Below are positions 50,421 through 64,000 of a DNA stretch of 64,000 nucleotides, piece after piece. The position numbers were made by a program, and so were the translations under genes. The DNA lies in assembly GCA_964016885.1 (NCBI GenBank), contig OZ024741.1, positions 328,538,001 to 328,602,000 of the forward strand, read 5' to 3'. Position 1 is the stretch's first letter. Every line of letters starts with the position of its first letter. This stretch comes from Eledone cirrhosa (taxonomy: Eukaryota). Under the pieces are notes generated by a model. The model searched no databases, was not told the DNA's origin, and saw nothing but the letters and a program-made list of their open reading frames with translations.

Positions 50421-51758
50421 TATTTATACATATGGGGCCTTCCAATTTCATTTTACTTTATATAAATTTCTGTGTATATTTTAATGATTTAAAAATTATT
50501 TTTAAGTGACCATAATTTTTTTTTTTATTTAAAGTGAATGTGACCCAACGGCTCACGGGTGGACTATTATACATATAACCTACTCGGCCGACACTCCGGT
50601 TACCCAATCACTTTACCAAAAACCTCACTGTTACCGCATTCCCAACCACTCGCTTGGGTACAAAATAGACATCAATATCCACATTGGACCCACCTTCTCA
50701 AATTGGATTCACCTCTACCACGACGCAGTTTCTATAACCTTCATTTAAGCTAGCACACTCACACACACATAATATCTCCTGCGCTAACACCAATACACGC
50801 ACTCACATAACACCATTATATATCAACCAACACGCACATATACCACTACACACACATAACACACATATCCTTATACACACACATCCATGTCCACACACAC
50901 ATCCATGTCCACACACACACACACAATTTTCCTGAGGGCCCCACTAAACATCATCTACGCCATTCCATCTATCTTCTTTACCCCTGCACTCATAGATGGT
51001 TGCGCGAATATGTGCATGTAAATATGCATGCAGCCGCCTTCCTTTCTCTGCAACCCACTCATACATACATATATACACGCATATATACACATATATATAT
51101 ACAGAGACACATATACACACACATATACATATATATATATATATCTATATCCAAAATTAAGATAAATCAAATGAATTTAATCTAAATCAAAATTATGGGT
51201 GTCATGCCAAAAAGACATGCGCCATATCACCCGCAAAATAAGCTCTAAGAATCTAACGAGTAGGTCCGAGCATTTTATAATAACTAGAAATTGAATAACA
51301 TATAAATAAACATGAATAATCACAGGAGATAATTTTTACAAGTGTGTAACCACACATAGCTAGGTAGGTAACTAAATAAAGTTGACCAGATCTTCAAAAA
51401 TAGATACCTTATAATATGATTAATCATCCCTGTATATATTCCATTAAAGAAATATATTTCACCAATTAATCGAATGGTAAACCACGGAAGCGGATACTTG
51501 GATTTTCAACAAGGAAGAAGTTCCAGCAATCAGTGTTTACACTTCAAGTTCAAATCAGCGACTGGCCAGCAACACGTGCTATATCTACTAGAAATACACA
51601 CATCATACTAGCTTCGTCCCAGTGGCGTGAATAGGGTTATTGACAACTAGAAACAGCAGTCGAGTCATTTCAACAGAGTTAGCTCTACAATTAAGGAGCC
51701 GTATATATATGTATCCGTATATATATGTATCCATACATAAACATAGCAACACACACAC

Positions 51759-51774
<16 letters not shown>

Positions 51775-51795
<21 letters not shown>

Positions 51796-52183
51796 TACAT
51801 ATATATACATGCACATACATATATATATACATATACATACACATACACATACATACATACATACACACACACATTCATACACACATATATACACACATGC
51901 ATACGTACTCACATATAAAAGGATACATATGCACACACACAAATAAGGATAAATAATCATAGTAGGCCGTCAGGTTACAAATAAGCAAATAAAAAATAAG
52001 GATTAAGAAAATAAAAAAATATAAAAAAATATTATTAAGTTGACAGCGATACAAGACGGCAAAATTTAAAATAAAAATAAAAATAATAATGATAATAATA
52101 ATAAATGACCAAACGCACCTGGTAAGCAAATGCACCAAAAAAACTAAATATATATATATTTTTAAAAAAATATATATATATAT

Positions 52184-52227
<44 letters not shown>

Positions 52228-52445
52228 ACATACACACACACACATATATATATACATATACACACACACATATACACACATATACACACACATACGCATA
52301 CATATAAATATACAAGCACACCCCACCCCCATACATATAAACACAGCACAGATACAAAAGAGTATATACATACAAATACATATACACGCACACAACCACA
52401 TACACACATATAGTATAAAAAATTCTTAAAGATAAAAACATACAT
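51775..52445. repeat. Left arm of a ~670 bp inverted repeat (partner 55935-56660)
   Basis: AATAAGGATAAATAATCATAGTAGGCCGTCA and GTTGACAGCGATACAAGACG occur reverse-complemented in the partner. Confidence 0.85.
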
Positions 52446-52812
52446 ATAAAAAGCCACTTCAACTTGCCTTAACTCCAAGACAGAGATCTTCAGATGTTGT
52501 CCTCACCTGAAATCACATCTGCCCTATAACTGGATTGACATTCCTACAATGACTCAACCACATTGAACTTCTTCTTTGCTCTTTACGCCTTACATCTACT
52601 ACGACTTTTATTACTCTCTGAACTCAACTTCTGTACCCTTATTTTCTCTTTCTCCCCCTTATCTCCTCTTATTTTTTAACTTTTTCTTATGTTATTTATT
52701 TTCCTTATTCCCACCTACTCTCTACCTTAACCTTTACATACCAAACCCCTTTGGATTTTTAGATATTAATTTTACGTGCATGTATGTCGTCGTGTATTTG
52801 TGTAATTAAGTG

Positions 52813-52863
<51 letters not shown>

Positions 52864-53016
52864 ATATGTATGTATACATGTTTTATATATATGGGTATGT
52901 GTATGTATGTGTGTATATATATATGTGTGTGTGTGTGTTTATTTATGTGTGTGTGTGTGTGTATTTTTATTTATGTGGTGTTGTAAGCCTTTGTACTTAT
53001 GTGTGTGTGTATATTA

Positions 53017-53090
<74 letters not shown>

Positions 53091-53796
53091 AAGTGAGTCC
53101 TTCATCAGTGACCCTCCAACCGTCCTGGGTATTTCATCGCTTTAAGGGCCATATGCCTCGGGTTGGTGCGAACAACGGCTAAAAAAAGTCGTTGGGACAC
53201 GTAAATAAAGGGGGACGCCAGAGTAACAACAAAAAAGTTTTAGCAACGGAAAGTGAGTAGAAATAGACAAGTCCCAGATCTCTATGAATATAAACTCTGT
53301 GAAATCGTGAACAAGAGACAAAAGACCATCAAACCTGGTTGAAATGTGAGCAAGGAAAGAATTTCGCCCAAGTTTGACGGGGGGGGGGAAGAGAGAGAGA
53401 AAAAGGAGAGAAGAGGAAGAAGAAGAAGAAGAAGAAGAAGAAGAAGAAGAAGAAGAAGAAGAAGAAGAAGAAGAAGAAGAAGAAGAAGATATAAATATAT
53501 ATATGTGCGTGTATATAATTATGTATATATATATATATATGTATATGTATATATATGTATATGTAGTTGGTTGTCTGTGTGTATGTATGGTTTTGTATGT
53601 ATATGCATAATTACATACAGAGGTTTTTAATGCTTACTTGTATTGATTATTTGCTCCAGAAATTGTTGAGTGCTCTTAATCAGCTATAAACATTGATACC
53701 TTTATTTTTTATTTGTCGTATGCACTACTATTTGAATACCCCTTCCTTCCCTTTATTTTTATTTTGTGTATGTATGTATATATATATATGTATGTG

Positions 53797-53876
<80 letters not shown>

Positions 53877-53960
53877 TAAAATTGAAAATAAATTATGTAT
53901 TTCTTTTATATATATTATAAAAATAAAACAAAGAAGCCTTCAATACATCAAAAGTCTTTA

Positions 53961-54005
53961 TTAGCCAACAATGTTTCGTCCTATTAAGGACTTATCAGGG
54001 CAATC
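53961..54005 (-). ncRNA. Hammerhead-like motif with core variant CUGAUAA
   Basis: GCC-CUGAUAA-GUCC UUAAUA GGAC-GAAAC-AUU-GUU-GGC. G8 is replaced by A. Confidence 0.55.
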
Positions 54006-54855
54006 AAAACCACAAGAAGTACTATCGGCCAATACAAGCCGAAAACTCCGAAGAATATGGAGTGTACATACACTAAAGTATTGGAAGATTATGGGTAAAA
54101 ATATATAATAAAAATCACTAAGGAGGTGGATAACATTTTGAACCATATTACAAATATAGTCCAAAGCAAAAAACTAGAGCTAAACAAAGGTGGTTATATA
54201 GAGCTGGAATTATAATACTATATGTAATACAATATAATATAATATAATATACTTGTAACAATATAAAAATTAAAATTAAAATTAAAAGGCACAATATACA
54301 TATGTATATATATACGCACACGTACGCACATATATATATACATCAATACACATTTCCATCATTAACAACACAAATTAAACCTTATTAAGAGTTTAAATAT
54401 AAATAAGCATAATAGGAATAAAAATAAAAATAATATGTATATCAAATATACAGTATAACATGAAGTAATGAAATGATTAAAAGTAACACATATAATATAT
54501 AATAAACTATATAATTATATAATATATAATATAATATAATAGATAATCTCCGGTTAATTTACACAAACAATATAGATGTCACAATAACACTATAATAATA
54601 ATATAATAATATATAATATATAATGGCATGTAAGTTAACAAATCAATTCATATAGAGTTAGAGAGCAGGTGAGAAAAAAAAAATAAATTGTACAATACCC
54701 AAAATTATGATGGTACAAAAATCTATAAACATCTTTCATGATATATAAAATTTAACATATCATAATGGTACATAAAATCATCGGTAAGTAACAAAGATCA
54801 ATATTACATTTACAAAGAGTTGAATAACAACTTCAATATAAAATAATGAACATAA

Positions 54856-55499
54856 TCTATATATATAAAGCTGTGGTTGTCTGTCTGTCTATCGATTTTT
54901 GGCACACATCTCCTCTTAGAATCTCTGACGGAATTGCACCGAAATTGCTATACTTGTACATTGAGCCCTAGCGAAGACATCGGACAAAAAATATTTCAAA
55001 TTGACCCACCCTATGTGACGAAATCGAATCTAATGTATCGATTTTTGAGCGCAAGTGACGAGTTATTTCCCTTTGTTCTGTTTACATTGAGCGTCTTACG
55101 TTCTGTTTACATTTTCTGCGTGCAAAAATTAAAAAAAAAACGCTGGCTTTCTCAGCGTTTAAAATGACATTAACACAATACACGAACAGTTGTCGAGCCA
55201 GCAAAATTTTGACCTGCAAAATTCATCAGTTCGAACACTAAGCTTCCGTTTTGCTTCATTTCCATTTAAAAGCCTTTTAAAACAATATTTTTACTTGAAA
55301 ACAAGTCTATTTAAAGACTACGTAAAACAAGCAAATATTTCGTAAAAAAAAGCAAAAATTATATAAGTTTATTTAAAATATATGTATCTGTAAATTTCCT
55401 TAGGCGTGCAGACAGACTTTAAGCCAAAAAAGAAACTTAACATTGTAACTTTAACACAGCTACTGAGCGACCCCGAGCAACGCCGGGCTTTACTGCTAG
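54856..55499 (+). mobile_element. Non-autonomous Helitron (satellite-free sibling of 11878-13624)
   Basis: A|TCTATATATATAAAGCTG ... CCCGAGCAACGCCGGG-CTTTACTG-CTAG|T. Confidence 0.88.
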
Positions 55500-55607
55500 T
55501 ATAATATATAATTACTTATAATTACAAGGTTGGGCTATACCTTTTACTGTCATTTCTATAATACGAAGAGGGTGTTTTACTCCAACACGCTCCAGTATTT
55601 TAATCCT

Positions 55608-55709
<102 letters not shown>

Positions 55710-55934
55710 TGTGTGTGTATATGTGTGTATGTATGTGTGTATATGTATATATATGTATATGTGTGCGTGTATATATTTATATATATATATGTGTGTAGGT
55801 GTGTATATGTGTGTGTATATGTATATATGTATATGTATTTACATATATATGTGTATATATATATATATATGTGCGTATGTGCATGCGTGTGTACGTACTT
55901 ATGCGTGTGTGTGTATGTAACTTTATAATTCTTA

Positions 55935-56148
55935 TATTTATGTTTTTAACTTAAAAAATGTTTATACTATATGTGTCTATGTATTTATGTGTGCGTGTAT
56001 ATGTATTTGTATGTATATACTCTTTTGTGTCTGTGCTGTGTTTATATGTATGGGGTGTGCTTGTATAATTATATGTATTCGTATTTTGGTGTGTATATGT
56101 GCGTGTGTATATGTGTGTATGTATATGTATATATATGTGTGTTTATGT

Positions 56149-56234
<86 letters not shown>

Positions 56235-56556
56235 ATATTTAGGGTTTTTTTGTGCATTTGCTTACCACGTGCGTTTGGTCATTTATTATTATTATTATTA
56301 TTATTTTTATTATTTATATTTTTATTTTAAATTTTGCCGCCGTCTTGTATCGCTGTCAACTTAATAATATTTTTTTATAATTTTTTATTTTCTTAATCCT
56401 TATTTATTATTTGCTTATTTGTATGTGACGGCCTACTATGATTATTTATCCTTATTTGTGTGTGTGCATATGTATCCTTTTATATGTGAGTACGTATGCA
56501 TGTGTATATATGTGTGTATGTATGTGTGTGTGTATGAATGTATGTGTATGTGTATA

Positions 56557-56626
<70 letters not shown>

Positions 56627-56660
56627 CGTGTATATATATGTATGTGTATATATATATATA
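55935..56660. repeat. Right arm of the inverted repeat (partner 51775-52445)
   Basis: Reverse-complement match to the left arm. Confidence 0.85.
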
Positions 56661-56753
56661 TTTCGTTAACTACTTTTCCCATCTTGACGTTATAGTCGCA
56701 TATATGTTATAGAATGCCATTAGCTTCTTACTAAAACAATCTCTATACGTCTC

Positions 56754-56807
<54 letters not shown>

Positions 56808-56823
56808 TGGTGTGTTTATGTAT

Positions 56824-56925
<102 letters not shown>

Positions 56926-57166
56926 TTGTGCGCGTCTCTGTGTCTCTGTGTATATATATGTGTATATATGCGTGTATATATTATGTATATATGTATATAT
57001 GTGTGTATAAGTGAATGTGTGTGCGTGTGTGCGTGCGTTTGTGAACGTGTGTGTTGTTATATATTCTTATTTATTATCCCCCCCCCCCTTTTTCCTCCAG
57101 CCTCACTTTCATATCTGTTATATTTTTGTTTTTCATATCCACTGTCAAGAAAGACACCAGGATTTA

Positions 57167-57222
57167 TCATTCTGATGAATGAAAGCAATTTTGTTTGCTT
57201 TCAAGAAACCACTGGTAAATGA
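57167..57222 (+). ncRNA. Type I hammerhead ribozyme, isolated
   Basis: UCAUU-CUGAUGA-A UGAAAGCAA UUUUGU UUGCUUUCA A-GAAACC-ACU-GGUA-AAUGA. Stem I 5 bp, stem II 9 bp, stem III 3 bp, GUA cleavage site. Confidence 0.8.
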
Positions 57223-57248
57223 AATAATTATCTTATGTTGTTTATTAC

Positions 57249-58311
<1,063 letters not shown>

Positions 58312-58916
58312 ATGTATGTATGTATTATTATATATATATATATATAGAGGGTGGGGAGAAATAGATAGATAGATAGATAGATATACATATATATACTTAT
58401 ACACAGACGTACATGACATAAACAAATCGATATAATTTTACAATTCCGAACGTTTAATTTCACTATTTCCTTTTCTATATATCCCACTGTATCTCTCTAT
58501 AATCTTCCCTATCTGCTTGTGTTGGTGTTGTGTACTAAAAACTGCTGAATTCCTAAAATAGAACTCATTGTCTGTATTTTCTTTACGTCATTATTGTATT
58601 TTCTTTTTATCTCTAGTTACTTTTAGAATAGTTATAAAACTAAGGAAAGATCACCGCCTAATAAAATATTAAGCACTTAAACCACAATGCCTACAGGAAG
58701 TGTATATATTTATTTACATAAATGTGAATAGAATTATTTTGCGTGGTGCCATTTTGAGATATATTTATCAGGAAATTCTTTCTTGTCCCTTTTTTATTTC
58801 CTTGTTTTTTATATATATTTGCTTAGATATTGTTATCCTTTTGCTTAATCTTTCTTGTATTTCATGTTTTCATACATATTTATATGCATATATATAGATA
58901 TATATATATATGTATG

Positions 58917-59058
<142 letters not shown>

Positions 59059-59404
59059 TGTGCGTCTGTGTGTCTGTGTATCTGTGTGTATATGTGTGTA
59101 GATATAAAGTGAAAATATGAGTGCACTCACACATATATATGTAGTTTAAACTGAATTTTTGTTGTATCTGTTCTAGTAAAACACCTGTGCCATTTTCACC
59201 CGTATGATAAATGAACACTTGAATATATTTTTTTTTTATAAAGGACAAACCTCATACATTATTGTGTTGATAATATACTTAATTTTAAATGTATATAATT
59301 TCTCTAGACCACCCGGACTAAACTCTCCATTGCAGTTTCTCTAACCTCTCCTGATACTCACACACACACACTATAATTATTTGCGTCGTGTGTTTACACC
59401 TACA

Positions 59405-59667
59405 AGCAATTTTCTGTACATGTATGCATTTATCTTTATGCTCACCTGAGCGTCTCTTTTAAACCCTCCTTTACATATACATCGTGATTTTAAGCAAATT
59501 GCTGTACATGTATGCGTTTGTCTGTATATTTACCTGAGCCTCTCGTTTAAACCCTTCTTTACGCATACTACGTGATTTTCAGCAAATTGGTGTACATATA
59601 CATTTGTCTGTATACTCACGTCAGCCTCCACTTAAACCGTCCTTTACACATACATCGTGATTTTAAA
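59405..59667. repeat. Diverged minisatellite, 3 units of ~88 bp
   Basis: AGCAA...TGTACAT...TTAAACC..CCTTTAC...CGTGATTTT at 59405, 59493 and 59581. Confidence 0.8.
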
Positions 59668-60044
59668 ACAAGTTCAATAGTGTTTTCATTTTCTCTTCTA
59701 GTTTTTGTTGCTTTACTGCATGTTTTCCTCTCCATTCCTCAAACTCTACTTTAGACAAACGGTGTTTTTCGAACATTTTTTTCACATCTTCTGTACATAA
59801 AACAAATATTCTCAATTTGTACCAGCTTCTATATTTCTTTTTTTCTTGTTACATTATTCATGATATGTATATGATATATGATATATAAATATCATTACCC
59901 ACACGCAGTCGTTTATCTTACTGAATAACCCTGAATAATGGGTTTGTATTTCTGACGTACAAATCTTATTATATAATTGAGTAAGGAAGAGATGACAGAA
60001 CATGCACTGTTTCTGTTCGACTAGCTCCTTAAACCAATACACAA

Positions 60045-60164
<120 letters not shown>

Positions 60165-60769
60165 GGCAATCTCCTTTCATTTTCCTATGATGTTTTATGA
60201 CCAAAGCACTTAAATCTCGAATCCCTAAGTCAATCAGAAATGATATATGATAACCACAGCTAGGAAACCAAAGACAATGTGTGAAATATATCTGGTTAAC
60301 ATAAGAAAATGAATCGTTTTGAAGTCCCGTAAGGAAAAGAATCATTTTCATGCATTTATGATGACAGATTACCTACATTATTGAAATGTCACTCTACATT
60401 TCGTTGATAAAATTCTTGAACCGGAAATCTCTTGATGATTTTCTTTCTTCAAGGAAACTATCCTTCTTAAACCGTTGTCTCGTTTAATCATTGACATGGA
60501 AATGAGATCCTGTTAAATCAGAAACTTCTTCCTTTAAGAAGGAAAGATATGCTAGATTATGTTCTTTCAACTATACACTCTATACAGGGGGGGAGGGGGA
60601 TTGTATCAGTTCCTTAAACCCTGAAGAAGGGAATTTTAGGTCCTCAAATATTGGACAGAAAAAAAGAACGGCAACAAAAAGCAAAACAAAGATTACGAGG
60701 TAACTTACTTTTCGTTACCTCATCTTACAGTCCATTTCGCACTGTTTAGCCTTCTATCTCTTTCAACGT

Positions 60770-60895
<126 letters not shown>

Positions 60896-60898
60896 ATA

Positions 60899-60980
<82 letters not shown>

Positions 60981-61246
60981 TAAAACATGTCTATAGAATC
61001 ACAAGATAAAATATATACTATTTCCTCTCCCAATTAGTATAATTAACTATATAAAAAATCGAATAGACCAGGCTATAAGAATGAGGCTTCTATGAAGGAA
61101 TCTCCGACAAATAACCAAAACTAGCGCTTCGCGTCGGCCGTAGTGGAATATTTATCGAATATTTCGACAGCGTAATCGCCTGGATACAGTCAACTAAGCA
61201 GAATTAGGTTTAAAATAAACTAGGAGAAAATAGAATACATTTAAAT

Positions 61247-61334
61247 ACCTCTACCATGGTTTCGTCCGTGTTTTGAGTTTTCCAATAATTATGTAATAAT
61301 TATATAAACTCGAGCGCCGGATTCTTCAGGAAGC
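61247..61334 (-). ncRNA. Hammerhead ribozyme with extended stem II (inverted copy)
   Basis: Reverse complement of 61613-61700. Confidence 0.75.
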
Positions 61335-61612
61335 TCGCTCATATCTAGACTTAAATTTTCCAAAACGATCGCGCCAAAAAATCGTGACGTAGTCGCGGTC
61401 AAGTTGGAAGAGGTGTAGTAGTTGCTTACGACTGGTGGCATTTTTGCTAGAAAGCACAGCACAATACAGCCAAATTTTTATCTCAACCTAGTTGGAGATT
61501 ATTACATATAAAAGTTTACATATATATATATATATACATACACAAACATATACGTGTTTTGCAACCGGTCACTTTGTGGCTCAGTGAAAATTTAATGTCT
61601 ACATATGAACGA

Positions 61613-61700
61613 GCTTCCTGAAGAATCCGGCGCTCGAGTTTATATAATTATTACATAATTATTGGAAAACTCAAAACACGGACGAAACCATGGTAGAGGT
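61613..61700 (+). ncRNA. Type I hammerhead ribozyme with ~59 nt extended stem-loop II
   Basis: GCUUC-CUGAAGA-A UCCG..GAGUUU..AUAAUUA/UAAUUAU..AAACUC..CGGA C-GAAAC-CAUG-GUA-GAGGU. Stem III is the palindrome ACCAUGGU. Confidence 0.75.
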
Positions 61701-62077
61701 ATTTAAATGTATTCTAGTTTCTCCTAGTTTATTTTAAACCTAATTCTGCTTAGTTGACTGTATCTAGGCGATTACGCTGTCGAAATATTCGATAAATATT
61801 CCACTACGGCCGACGCGAAGCGCTAGTTTTGGTTATTTGTCGGAGATTCCTTCATAGAAGCCTCATTCTTATAGCCTGGTCTATTCGATTTTTTATATAG
61901 TTAATTATGCTAATTGGGAGAGGAAATAGTATATATTTTATCTTGTGATTCTATAGACATGTTTTATGATATATAGCTCTGATTGTTTAATTTATTAATT
62001 TTTCATTGAGCCACAAAGTGACCGGTTGCAAAACACGTATATGTATGTGTATGTATATATATATATATATATGTAAA

Positions 62078-62180
<103 letters not shown>

Positions 62181-62402
62181 TAATAAAAGGAATTCCAACC
62201 TTGTCTGATTTACTCGTTTTATTTACAATCCTTTAACATTTATAATGGTATTAGAATGAAATAGTATGGTAGAATATTAAATGTTAAGTGTTAATTGAAC
62301 AAGTACTTTCATGCTTTCGCAATCTTCAGGTTCATAATGTGTGGTGACAGTCAAGTTTGCAATTTTCAACTATATATATATATATATTTATCAACATATC
62401 AA

Positions 62403-62479
<77 letters not shown>

Positions 62480-62483
<4 letters not shown>

Positions 62484-63631
62484 GATACCTGGAAATCACC
62501 CTCTACACTAAAGTCCTAAACAAATTTGGAAACACTCTCCACTTACACATAGAAAGGAACTGGAAGCGATATCTAGATGACTGCTTCATCCTTTGGCACG
62601 AAAACATCGAGAAACTTAAAGAATTTCACACCCTTATAAATGGGCTCAACACGAATATTAACTTCACGATGGAATAGAGCCATCAACAACTCCCCTTCCT
62701 CGACATCCTCATTAAGATCCATAACAAAAAAACAGAAACAGACATATACTACAAGCCCACAGACTCCAAGCAATATCTTCCTTTCAACTCTTGCCACCCT
62801 AGACACGTTAAAATTAATATTCCCTACAACTTAGCCAAGAGAATCTGTACTATAGTCTCCAATAAAAACACCTGCTACTTACGGCTACAAGAACTAAATT
62901 ACACACTCATAGGCAGGGACTACCCTGCATCACTAATTGACAATGGAATACAACGTGCCCTAAAACTCAGTACCCAGGACCTTAGACACCCTAAAGTAAA
63001 TCAACCGAAACTAAAAGCTCTTCCATACATCTCCACACACAACCCCCTCAACAATGAGCCCTTTGACACCATCCTCCAGAACATCCCTATGTTGAAAAAG
63101 GACCATAGAATGAACCAAATCCTACGAACACACGATATCATAAAGAGCAAAAGACAATCTAAGTCAATGAAAAACATCCTAACACATGCCAAAGTACTGC
63201 CAACCACAACAACGAAACCCACAGTAAAAAAATGCGATAGACCCAACTGTGGCATTTACATCAACCTAATAGAGGGATCGGAATTCTATTTCAAAGAAGG
63301 ACAACGTTTTATAGTAAAACACAATTTCACATGCGCATCAGAAAATCTAATATATGTATTAACTTGCTCAGGTTGTCGAGAACAATACATAGACCAGACC
63401 AAAAACAGCCTCCGCCAACGCATGACTGTCCATAGATCACAAATTAAAATACGCGAATACAGGAAAATACCACTGAGTGAACACATTGATACCTGTGCCG
63501 CCCCAAATCATGCCAACTTCAGAATCTTTCCCTTCTACAAATTTAAAGATAATGCCATCCACACCCAGCGCATCAGCAAGGAATCTTACTTTATTAACAA
63601 ATACGGACCCCGTCTAAACACTTCTCCCTAA
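62480..63631 (+). pseudogene. 5'-truncated Penelope-like RT plus GIY-YIG ORF (Neptune-like Cys linker), with stops
   Basis: WKRYLDDCF, FTME*..LPFLD, YYKPTD...SCHP, KCDRPNC, NLIYVLTC.GC..QYIDQT, KE, P.LN. Confidence 0.88.
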
Positions 63632-63749
63632 GACGAACCCACAACATACACGCGTCAACATACATACCTACATCAGCATACATCTCTATCCACATATAAA
63701 CACAATGACATACGTAAACACACATGTTCTATGGTGCAACACAAATATA

Positions 63750-63985
63750 CACAAATTTGCATACATTTTGCACACTGATGGGAACATACATATTTGTGCA
63801 CAGGTATATAATTTCTGGACACATTCCAGATACATGTGTACAATTTGTGCACAGGTATACAATTTGTGCACAGGTATACAATTTCTGGACACACTCCAGA
63901 TACATATTTGTGCACAAGTATTCCAATACGGCAAGGCCTAATGGATCCCCCTTGCAGTACGTACAATCTGGACACACTCACACAC
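63750..63985. repeat. Short degenerate tandem repeats in the PLE 3' region
   Basis: Repeated TTTGTGCACAGGTATACAA and TCTGGACACAYTCCAGATACAT. Confidence 0.7.
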
Positions 63986-64000
63986 ACCTTGGTATTATGC

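Noticed and set aside
53416-53488. Poly-Glu or poly-Arg ORFs
   Set aside because: (GAA)n microsatellite.
60370-60545. Possible host exon in unique sequence
   Set aside because: Stops in the candidate frame and no recognisable motif.

Overview
Eukaryotic, AT-rich DNA with no recognisable host gene and dense (TA)n, (CA)n and (ATT)n microsatellites. The repeat types resemble a cephalopod (Octopus-like) genome; that is an inference. Nearly all short ORFs in the track are microsatellite or antisense artefacts. Real coding material is all transposon-derived: five Penelope-like elements (PLEs), one decayed R4/Dong-type RLE LINE, three head-to-tail Tx1-type LINEs separated by (ATT)n tracts, and a decayed Rep/Pif1 Helitron. 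Non-autonomous Helitrons, RTE-derived bipartite elements, SINEs and MITEs fill the rest. The main signal the ORF track misses is a set of type I hammerhead ribozymes. They lie in non-coding tandem (486 bp period) and fold-back elements that sit in (TA)n tracts, which looks like a retrozyme or mini-PLE system with several families. Other notable points: an ORF1 swap between two Tx1 copies with near-identical ORF2, a candidate 52-53 nt intron that would fuse Tx1 ORF1 to ORF2 in frame, and a ~200 bp unit repeated at PLE junctions. All structures were read by eye and boundaries are approximate.
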